The translations under genes were made by a program, and so were the position numbers. The notes below the pieces were generated by a model. That model ran no database searches. It was not told the DNA's origin and saw only the letters and a list, made by a program, of their open reading frames with translations. From Callorhinchus milii (lineage: Eukaryota): a stretch of 64,000 nt of DNA. The DNA lies in contig NW_024704742.1 of NCBI RefSeq assembly GCF_018977255.1, forward strand, positions 69,752,001 to 69,816,000. The letters run 5' to 3'. This document shows, in pieces, positions 11,301 through 23,300 of this stretch (the stretch's first letter is position 1; each line of letters begins with the position of its first letter).

Positions 11301-14300
11301 ATAATAAACGCAAGGTACTGCATATAGGATCCAAGAATAGGAAATACTATTACTCCATAAATGGGATTGAATTTGCCAAACGGGAACCTGAAAGATCTAT
11401 GATTGTTAGTTGACTCAACGCTCTATATAAAAACAATGTGAGACAGAAATAAATAAGGGAAACAGGACCCTGGTCTGCATTGCCCTGGTCTCCAGTTCCC
11501 CAGATGCCATACAGGCTGTATAATGCTCTGAACAGGCCACACCTAGAGTACTGCTTATTGTTAGGTCACTGTGACATATGGGAGCTGCCCAGGACCAAGA
11601 GGCATTGCAGAGGAGAATAACAAGGATGATCCCCAATGTTAGAGGAATAAGCTATGAGCAAAATTGGACAAGCCAGGGCTCTTCAGAAAAATCTTGAGAA
11701 AATATGTCATTATAGAGAGATGTATAAAATTTTAAATGAGATTGAAAAAGTAAACGCAGAATAGTTTAGGATGCATCAAGACAGAAGAACAGGAGGGCAC
11801 AGGTTTAGAGTTGCAAAGGTACAATTTCAGCACAGATTCCAGGAAGTGTTTCTTTACCCAGAGAGTAATCAACGACTGGAACCGGTTTACCACGAAGAGT
11901 GTTGACACAGGGATTCATTTAAAAAGCAGCACAATACTGTGATGCGATGGGACAGTACTCTGGAGGAATGAGGTTAGATGGTCCTAAAGTACTTCTTCAT
12001 TCATGCTAACCTTGTGACTAAGAGAGCAGTCGCCAAAACAAACACTGGTAAGGATTGGCAGAGTGTGGAGAGCAATTAACATGAAGAAACAAATTTGGGA
12101 CATGAGAGACTAGAATTTCATAATACATAATCTGTCAACTTGCCCACAAAATAGTCAATTCACATTATAGTACATTCTGTGAAACGCTTTGAGACGTCTC
12201 AATGATGTGATAAGGCGCTATATCAAGTGCAAGGATTATTTTATCTCCTTGGTGCTTTCTCCTCTGTTACCTGAGCCCCACTCAAGCTTGAATCCCAAGC
12301 TAATGTAAGGAGCTAGAACAGCACATCCTGTCAAAACTGAGCCACAACTCTCCAACCTGGTCTTTTACCATAGAAAGGCTTATACACGGCTGGTGATTCA
12401 GGAATGCAAGTAAGATATCTTACTACCTTGTAAAGTTCAATCTCTACCGCAAATTGTAGTGAGTTCTTTCTAACTTTTGTTCCCCTCCGTTTCAGAATCA
12501 CAGCCAAAGCCAGCAAGTTAGGTTGTGGCTATAACATGTTAAATCAGTCAGTTCACAGAAGCAGCAAAAGCTTTTCAGTCGGCACTCAAAGTTAAGAGCA
12601 GATTTGGGTTTGAGAGCTGTACACAAAGAATCGTGCCAGAAACACAGTTCCAGCCCAGTTCAACAAGTTTCAAACAAGAGCAGCAAAACCTCAGCAGGAA
12701 AAATATTAACAAACTTGCAGAGCGAAGACAAAGGCATCCATTTACAAAATACTAGCCGGTCAGTAAACCCAGCGTTTGCTAATTTCTCTATTCTTTTCAA
12801 AAATGGTATCGTCAAAGATACATAGCATTACCTCGCTGGTGTTTATGAAAAGACTCCTGATCTGCCACAAAAGAACACTCCCTGGAGTGAAATCTCCAGC
12901 TTTGAGATTACAGGAAACAACCCTTTCCAAATTTTTCCCAAAGGGAACGAAGGAAATGGTTAAGAGTTTGGAGGCTGGGGGAAGGGAACGTAAATACCTT
13001 GGAAGCAACGCCAAAAACAACAAGAGCTAGACCAGATACTGCAAGGATTGCTTGATCTGCTTTAAACGGCAGAGCTGTGAAGTTTAACGTTACCAGTGTC
13101 TCTGCAAAGCGCTGCATGAAAGGCACTGTACGAGTGCCAGCGGTTGGACACATGTTACCTTGGCCACTGGCTTGATCCGGTTGATTTGCCACAACCGTGA
13201 ATCAAACAGTGTCACTGCAATCAATGAGCAGACATGCCAGTAACTGGCCAAGACATTGAGGGAAGCTCCCTTAATAATAACCTTTGCATTTGATATAGCT
13301 CCTTATCACATTGTTGGGACGTCTTAAACCGCTTCACAGAATATATTGTAAAGTGGCTAGACTGCATATTTTGTGGGCAAAACGCAGCAGCCAATTGTTC
13401 ACAGCCGTGTCCCACAAACACTCGTGGATTAAGTGACTTTTTTTTAAGGGTTTATTACCCCGGAAAGGGATCCGCCAATCAACTAATAACTAGGTTCCTA
13501 CTTACTGCTAAATACACAGATGCTTAACCTGTCTGAGGTTCCGTTTTCCCTCCCCCCGAGAATCTAACCCAGGTACTCTCTCTTGCGAGGCAAATGATTT
13601 AACCAATGTGCTTATAGGACTCCACAAGGAAGGGGAAAAAAAGACCTTCACAGAAGTGGACACATTTACAAATAGCGCGGCGGTAAGAAGGGGAAAGACT
13701 CTATCAGATTATAAACACACGAAAAATGGCCAGTGCTGACAATAAATTCCACCTTCCTTATCTTCCTGCAATTTTTTTTGACTGAATTTAGAACTTTTTT
13801 AGTGCGGTTCTCAAGAGTACAAGTCCTTCCAACCCCTGCGCATGCTACAAGCATCGACAATCTTCATAAACTAACAAGAGATTACCGCAGTCAGCAATTG
13901 GTCAGTAGTCAGTCAGTAATTGAATCAAAGACAACCTCTGTACAAGGTTAGAATTGAGTCTCTAACTTAAGAGACTAATGACTTAGAGACTAACTAGAGG
14001 CTGTGCCATTCAAGGAAGGATGGTAGGGGTAAGGGAAGAGACATACACCTCCCCTTTAAGAAAGTTTTTGCCTCACGTGACTTCCCAACAACGGTGCACA
14101 CACAGTCTGGTTCCCTGGCATCACTTGGTTAGTTCTGACCTACATTAATTTTAGAATTGTGAACACTCCCAGCAAGGGCCTCCAAGAGGGTCGATAATGT
14201 GGGGAAGGAGCTCAGTGAATGCAACAGAGTCTTGTCAGTTGAAGAATGAAGATCCCACGGGTAGTCGATCAGTCTTCTTCATTCTTCACGCTCTCGGCAC

Positions 14301-17300
14301 GTGCACGCACTCAGAGCAAGGGGTATCACATAGGCTCCAGTCGAAGGCAAGCTGGGAGAAGCATGCCGAATGGCCCAAACCCCAGCCGTCGGAGTAATAC
14401 ATCCGTCAGATGAGATGTTAAACCAAAGTCCCGCCTATTCCTGTTCAGGCTGACATTAAGATCCCTTGGCAGGATTCAAAAAGTTCCTCCCTGGGGCCCG
14501 ACTAAACAATGCCCGAGATGGAACTGGTCACACACTTCACTGTTTGTACAATATTGTTGTGTGCAAATTCACTGTTGAGTTTATTGGTGCCGCGTTTCAC
14601 CCACAAAATACACAGTATATTCTGTGAAGTACTTTGAGACGTCTCAAAGATGTGCTAAGGCGCTATATCAAATGCAAGAATTATTATTTATTATCTGCAG
14701 AATACAGTCGCTCTACTTAACAATTAAATCTGTGAAGTGCTTCAAGATGTCCTAATGTGAAAGGCATTATCTCAAATGCAAGTATTATTATTATTAGCAT
14801 TAGAATTACCACAGGGCAGGGGTAGGATGGCTGAAAGCCCACCCATTGATTGTTGAGCTGGGGACACAAAGCAAATCTATACTCATGGAGTGTCAGGTCA
14901 ATAAATTTGAAGGACGCCACAGAGCTAGAGTGGGGAGAGATCGTGTAAGGATTTCTAGGTGAAAGTAAAGATCTTGAATTCTATCCTCTGAGGGACAGGG
15001 AGCCAGTGAAGCTGGGTGAAGATGGGGATGTTAGGCTCGCGGAGCCTGATACGGAGGCCTCGAACAGAACGTTGGTGTAGTCAAATCTGGATCTGATTGA
15101 ACACGCGGATGAGGGTCTCAGTCCGAGGGGGGGTAGGTAGGGATGGAAGCAGGGCAATGTTACAGATGTGAGGGAAAGCTGAGCAGATAAGAACACAAAT
15201 GTGGGGGATTGAAAGACAGCTGTGAATCAAATGTGGAATCCTGTAGCATATTGGTTAGAGCACTCGCCTCGCAAACAAGAGGACCCAGGTTTGATTCCCG
15301 GGTAGTGAAACCTTAGGCAAGTTTCCTTACTCCGCATGCCTCTGTTTACCTAGAAGTAAACAGTTGATAGTCGATTGGTGGATCACTTTCTTTGAATAAT
15401 TCCTTCAAATAAATAAATAAATAATAGTTTGGTCACTTGATCTACAACTGTTTGTGGGACACTACTGTTCACAATTGGCTACCGTGTTTCGCTCACACAA
15501 TATACAATCCACTTGAAGTGAAGTGCTTTGAAACATCTCAACAATGTGATAAGGCTCTCTATCAAATGCAAGAATTATTATTATTATATTATGATTAGCT
15601 GTATTCTTTGCAGCTTTGCTTGCAACTAAGGATTCAATATGGAATGTAGATTGACACACAGACAGACACACAGACAGACATTTCATCTTTATCTATACTC
15701 ATCTGGGAGGACTCCTGTGGGAGGACTCATTTTGGCTGTACCGCTCTTTGAGTGGACAACTCATTTTGGCACGCTGTTGCATACCTTTCAACACTGAAGT
15801 GCAGCCGCGCTGTTCTTTGTTCTTCAGTTTCATTTAATGGATCTTCTCTCTTTTGTTTAGCATTTTTACTTATCCTTGAAAAGTTTGATTTCCACTTAGG
15901 CATCTTTATAATCTATACTAATAAACAACAACAATATTAAACTTGTAAAGCGCCTTTCATGTAAGGAGGATGTCCCAAGGCGCTGAACAGTCAGTGTTTC
16001 GGACGAATACAAATATACATGTATAATTTATAATCACTGGGACGTCCTCCCGATGTGAAAGGCACTTTAAAAATGTAATTTTGTTGTGGTTGCCACAACT
16101 TAGCTTCGTCTGTGTTCTTTATTTTGTTCCTGCCGCTGCTTGGCTATGTGCGTGTTCTGTAACGCAGGATGCCACAGCGCCACAGTCAGCCACCAGGTGT
16201 AACTGCAGTGCATGCGTACATACTTAGGTGCTCTGTAACACACGTGCCACTGAAACACATTTTAGGTCAGAACTCATGAACAATAGAAGATCCCCGAAAA
16301 CAATTCCCATGTTACCCCCAGGTGCAAGACCTTTCCAATTAGGTATAAATCATGTCTCTATGTCAATTAGCTATTAAGATCCTTCTTGAAGTGCAGACAG
16401 ACATTGCCATTTTATTAGTGTGTATACATATATAAAAGATAAGTCATGAGGCTCCGCAAGATGGAGAGTACATCCATCCATGCAGTTTGATGCTGTCAGT
16501 GCCTGAGGTGAGAAGGCACTGAGGGGAGAGAAGCAGGAGAGCCTCTGTCGTGTCAACATTCAACTGAAGGACTCGCCCAGGATTTGTACGTTATTACATG
16601 TTAATGTTGTGCCCCATAATGTGCTCAAAAAGTTTGTTCTATCTTTTTAACCTACCATGCATCCAGCAGCAGAATTAGCACACGTTCACTCCTTGCTGGG
16701 TTTATCTATCACCAGCCTTACAGTTCCACAAATCATGTGCACGCGTCATCTCACAGGAAGAGAAAAGAGTATTAATGCAGCCAGCCTGGTGGTCAGGTGA
16801 CATTTTTCTAACTAGAAAACTTTGATTGTGGTGTATTAGCACTGAGTTTTTTTTCCCCTCCTTGAGTTGAGAGAAACTAAGGCATATATCAAGGCACTGT
16901 CTCTCTCTCCTACACACGGGCAAGCTGGACAGTCTGCACTAGCAACAAACTAGTAAGAATCTGCTGGTAAGCCGCCGAGTCAGAAGGTTGTGGGTTCAAT
17001 CAGCTAATAGGGACTCAGGATTCATATGGTTTAAGCTGATGCTCCAATGTAGTGCTAGGGATGTGCTGCATTGTCGGAGGCGCTGTCCTTTGGGTGAAAC
17101 GTTAAACCGATTTCCCAGCTGCCAGTCCAGGTGGACATTAAAGATCCTCCTACACTATTCAAAAAGGGAAGTGAGTTCCTCCCTGTGTCTTGGCCAACAA
17201 TCCTCCAGAAAGAAGTTCGTCAGTCACTTCGTGGTTGTTTGTGGGACAGTTTATTGCTGCCTAAAGTTGCTGTGTCAAAGATATCTCAAAGCACTTCATG

Positions 17301-20300
17301 GAATATACTATAAAGTGGAGCGACTGTGTATTTTATGAGTCTACACAATATGTCAAGGGAGCCCGGGGGAAATTTCGCTGTATCCTCTCGAGCGGAATGT
17401 AAACATGACCCGGTTGCTTTTCAAGCATGGTGACAAGCTGGGCTATTGCTCTTCGCAGACAAATAAAGGTAGCCGTCATATTCAAGAACTGATGAAGTGC
17501 ATCAAAGGTTATGGCAGGCTCCTAGAGCTATTGAGACAATGGGCGGACCAGCCCAAAGGAAGGATTTAAATGAAGAACTATCATTGGTAAACCAGAACGA
17601 TACACCCATCTCGACAGAAGAGGGGCTGCAGGCCAAATGTATCCTGTAGAAGGGAAAGGCTGTAGGGTCGAATAGGGTCTCTGCTGACTCCTGTAAGAAC
17701 CTGGAATTCTTAATGACCTCTTCTCTGTTTTTGAAAGTCATTCAATACAAAAACATTTAGAACGTGGATCACTGCACCCAGTGTCGTCAAAGCAGAATCA
17801 ATTGGGACGCAAAAGTGAGAGATAGAGAGGCATTTGGGAAACAAGGGTATTATATACAATATAGGAACAGGACTAGGCCATTCAGCCCTCGAGCCTGCTC
17901 CACCATTCTATTAGATCATGGCTCATCAGTATCTCAACTCCAATTATTATGAATTAAGTATTGAAGGGTACAGAGCAGGGTAAAGGTAAGGAAATGCTTC
18001 ACAAGATCTGCCATCATCTAAGAGTTGAAGTTAGTTTAATAGAGGTTGCGACTGATAAGATTATTTTTTTTCTATTTCTGTCATCATCAGATTCAACACT
18101 GTTGATGCCACAGGCTCTATACACTTCTCTCTTAATTCAAATATGTGTGGAGGGTGGAGGTGTGTATAAGTGACTATGATATCACAGGCATATGTAGGGG
18201 TGTGTGTGTATATAGCTGTGTAACAATAAAACATACTTATACACACACACATAAACTTAGATGATCTGATTTTAGTGTACTGATACAGTGCAACACCATT
18301 ATAATGTGATAATCTGGCTCCAATGTCTCAGGCCTTGTGTTTTAACTAAGTGTCAGGAGTGCATCTTGTACATCTCTCTCTCACACAAACACACACTTAC
18401 ACCAACACACTCACACACAGAATTCAGGAGGTGACTCAGCAACAGACATCAGTGGCGACCTCAACATTAGCCTTTTTTAGTGGTTAGGAAGCTGGATCAG
18501 CACCGGATGCCAACCACAGGCCTTATAACAGGGCATAAAAGAGTATAACAATATGTCATGGGTATAGCAAGAGTATCATAGGATGTAACAGGGTATGCTC
18601 TGTAGAATTATATACAAAATGTGTCTCGTTTGATGGTCAGTGGCTTTCAGCTGCTGATTTATGAATTTTTGATACCCTACATTGCATTTGCAAAATTAAA
18701 AACAATTTTAAAAAAGAAAAGTACATTACATTATTATGTTTATTGTATACAATCTTTGAATACAATGGGTAGTAGTAAATGCAACACAGAGGTTTACCTC
18801 CACGCTAGCACATTTAAGGAAGGCTGGATAGATACCTCTAGATACCCTGTGGCATACATAGGAATCTAGCCAGTTAGCACGGAACGTATAACAGCAGCAA
18901 CAACAAAGCTAGGTAAGTACATGAGGGAGAAAGGAATAGAAAGTTATGCTGATAGGCTTAGCTGAGGAAAGGCAGGAGGCTCATAAACGTCAGGAGGAGC
19001 ATAAACGCCAGCATAGACGAGTTGTGCCGAATGTGTTGTATATTCTATGTCACAACAAAATTACATTTGTGTAGCGCATTTCACATCAGGATGACGTCCA
19101 ATGGCGCTGGACAATCAGTGTTTGGGACTCGAGCTGGGGGTCAGGATAGCAGAGGCCAGGGGGTGAACGCGGAGGGTAATCAAAGGCACAGTCGAAGAGG
19201 AGCATCTTGAGACAGGTCTTGAAGGAAGCAAGGGAGGGGGCAAGGCGGAGTGACTGCGGGATGGAGTTCCAGAGGGTGGGGGCAGAGTGGCTGAAGGCCC
19301 GCTCGCCAATGGTGGGGCGGGCGAGGTGGAGGATGTGAAGCAGGCCGGAGCCCGCTGAATGTAGGGAACGGGCAGATTGGTACGGGGTTAGGAGGTCGCA
19401 GAGGTAGGGGGAGCAAGACCATGGAGGGCTTTGAAGGTGAGGACCAGGATCTTGAACTGTATCCTCCATGTAATGGGAAGCCAGAGGAGTCAGGCGAGGA
19501 TGGGGGTGATAGGGTCATGTAGCCTGATGCAGAAGACACGGGCTGCAGAGTTCTGGATGAACTGCAGCCTACGGAGAAGGACCTGGGGAGGCCAACAAGC
19601 AAGGAGTTTGCATAGTCAAGCCTGGATGTTATGAATGCTTGTATGAGGGTTTCGGTGGCCTGCGGTGTGAGACAGTGGCGGAGCCGGGCGATGTTGTGGA
19701 GGTGGGGTAATGTCAGAGCGGGTCATGGCATGGATGTGGTGTAGAAAGGATAGTTGAGGGTCAAACAAGATGCCAAGGTTCCGGACTGGTTTAGTAAGTT
19801 GCAGTGCACAACCTTGGACAGGAGTGGAGGACAACTGAAGAATTATAGAATCCTAGAATTATACAGCACAGAAGGAGGCCAATCGGCCCATCGTGTCTGT
19901 GTCTGCTCTTTGAAAAGAGTTATCCAATTCAATCCCACTCCCCCACTCTCTCCTCATAGCCATGCAAAACTTGTTCTCCCCAAATAATTATCTACTTCTC
20001 TCTTAAAAGCTGTTATCGAATCGGCTTCCACCACCCTTTCAGGCAATGTATTCCAGATCTGAACAAATTGGTGTGTAAAAAAATTTCTCCTCACCGCCCC
20101 TCTGTTTCGTTTAACAACTATTCTAAATCGGTGCCCTTGGGTTACCGACCCACCCGCCAGTGGAAATAGTTTCTCCTTGTTCACCCTATCGAATCCCCTC
20201 ATAATTTTGAAAACTTCTATTCAGTCTCCTCTTAACCTTCTCTGTTCCAAGGAGAATAATCCCAGCTTCTCTCGCCTCTCCTGATAACTGAAGTCCTTCA

Positions 20301-23300
20301 TTCCTGATACCATCCTGGAAAATCTCCTTTGAACCCTCTCCAATGCCTCGACATCCTTCCTAAAGTGTGGGGCCCAGAACTGAACACTTACTCTCGCTGA
20401 GGCCCAACCAGTGTTTTATAAAGGTTTGTTATAACTTCCTGACTTTTGTATTCTCTGCCCCTATTTATAAAGCCTAGTGTCCCGTATGCTTTTTTAACAG
20501 CTTTATCTCCCTGTCCTGCCACCTTCAAAGATTTACTGATATGAACCCCCAGGTCTCTCTGTTTCTTCGCCCCCTTTAAGATTGTACCATCCTCTTATAT
20601 TGCCTCTCCTCATTCTTCCTCCCAAAATACCATCACTTCACATTTCTCCACATTAAACTTCATCTGCCACGTGTTTGCCCATCTTACCAGTCTGTCTATG
20701 TCCATTTGCAGTCTGCTACTATCCTCCTCACTGTTTACTACTTCTCCTAGCTTAGTATCATCTGCAAACTTGGAAATTGTACTCCCTATACCCAAGTCTA
20801 GGTCATTTATATAGATCGAAAACAGCAGTGGTCCCAATACCGACCCCTGGGAGTCACATTTGCACACTTCCCTCCAGTCAGAAAAACAACTGTTCACAAA
20901 TACTCTCTGCTTTCTGTCTCCCAGCCAGTTCTGTATCTATGCTGCCACTGTCCCTTTAATACCGTGGGCTTCTATTTTGCTTACAAGTCTCTTATGTGGC
21001 ACTTTATCAAACGCCTTTTGAAAATCCATATAAACTACACCAAGTGCACTACCTTCATCCACCCTCTCCGTTACTTATTCACACAGAGGATACAGTTCAA
21101 GATCCAGGATCTCAGCTTCAAAGCCCTCCACAGTCTTGCTCCCCCCTATCTCTGCAACCTCCTAACCCCCCACCACCGTGCCCGCTTCCTCTGCTCAGCG
21201 GGCTCCGGCCTGCTTCATATCCTTCACCTCGCTCGCACCACTATTGACGGGCAGGCCTTCTGCCACTCTGCCCCCACCCTCTGTAACTCCATCCTGCAGT
21301 CCCTCCGCCTCACCCCCTCCCTTGCCTACTTCAAGACCCATCTCAGGACCCTCCTCTTCGACCACCCTGTTTCTCCCCCTGCCTTCTAACCTCCCCAATC
21401 CCGACCCCCAGCTCGGGTCTGAAACTCTGTTTGTCCAGCGTCTTGGGACGTCCTCCCAACGTGAAAAGCGCTATACAAATGTAATTTTGTTGTTTTTGAT
21501 CAAAAATCTCTTATCAAGTTTGTGAGACAGGATTTGCCTTTAACAAACCTGTGTTGGCTGTCCTTTATTAACCCATATTTTTCTAGGTGAAAATTTATTT
21601 TGTCCCGTTTTATAGTCTCTAGAAGTTTCTCTACTACTGACATTAGGCTGACTGGCCTGTAGTTCCTGGGTTTATCCTTCAGCCACTTTTTGTACAGGGG
21701 AGTAACATTTGCAACCCTCCAGTCCTCTGGCACCACCCCGGTGTCCAAGGAGGATTGTAATTGTGGCAGAGACTCTGTTATTTCCACCCTTACTTCCCTC
21801 AGTAACCTAGGATGCATCCTGTCCGGACAGGGTGACTTATCTACCTTGAACACCAACAACCTTTTTAGTACCTCCTCTGTTTATTCTTATCTTATCCAAT
21901 TTCTCTACCCTCTCCTCCAATTGGCTGCATCCTCTTCTTTTGTGAAGACAGATGCAAAGTACTCATTCAGTACGTCAGCCATGCCCTCTGCCTCCACAAG
22001 AAGATTTCCTCTTTGGTCCCACCCTACCTTTGACTTAACATTTATTCTTTATATGCTTATAAAATACCTTAGGGTTCCCTTTTGTTACCTGCTAATCTTT
22101 TCTCATACAATATCTTTGCCCCTCCTATTTCCTTTTTCAGTTCTCCTCTGTACTTTCTATATTCTATTTGATTATCTTCTGTATTTTGGACCTGACATTT
22201 ATCATAAACCTCCTTTTTCTGTTTTATTTTATTCCCAATTTCCTTTTTCATCCAGGGAGGTTTGGATGCTCTACTTTTTCCTTTTGTGGGAATGTATTTG
22301 TTCTGTCCCCGAACTATTTTCTTCTTGAAGGCTTCCCATCGCTTGTTAGCTGTTTTACCTGCCAATCTTTCTTTCCAGTGCACCATGGCTCGGTCCCTTT
22401 TTAACTCACTGAAATTTGCCCACTTCCAGTTGAGTATCTTCACCTTTGATTGTTCCTTGTCCCTTTCCATAAGTACTCTAAATCTAATGAGTTGTGATCA
22501 CTGTTGTCCAGATGCTCTCCTACTGGAACCTGTTCCACTTGCCCCACTTCATTCCCCAGAACTAGATCCAGCACTGCTTCCTTCCTGATTGGGTTGAAAA
22601 CATACTGATCCAGAAAGTTATCCTGCACACTTTCAGGAATCCTTCCCCTTCCTTGCCCTTTACACTATTATTTTGCCAGTCTATGTTAGGATAATTGAAG
22701 TCCTCCATTATTACTACTCTATTGGTTTTGCATCTTTCTGAAATCTGCTTGCAGATTTGCTCGTTTATCACCTTCCCACTATTTGGTGGTCTGAAGTATA
22801 CACCTAACAGAGTAACAGTTCCTTTTCTGCTCCTTAACTCTAACCAAATAGATTCTGTTTGGGGCCCTCTACCACATCGTCCCTTTCCAGGGCCGTAACT
22901 GTGTCTTTAATCAATATTGCCACCACCCCTTCCTTTTTTTCCTTCCCGATCCCTCCTGAATACATTAGTCAGGATTATTCAGCTCCCATTCCTGCCCTTG
23001 TTTGAGCCAGGTCTCCGTTATTGCCACTGCATCATAACCCCCTTTGGCAACTTGAGTTTGCAGCTCACCAATCTTATTGGTCATACTCAGTGCATTTACG
23101 CACATGCACTCCAAGACCGACTTAGTCTGTTTTTCATTTCTCCCCCGTCTAATCCCTCCTTTTTCTGGATTACTCCTTATTACATTGCTATTTATCACTC
23201 CCAGCCCTCTATGTAACTTGTTTGTCCTCTCTAATACTACATCCCGATTCCCTTCCACCCTCGAAATTAGTTTAAACCCTTCCCCACAACACTAGATAAC

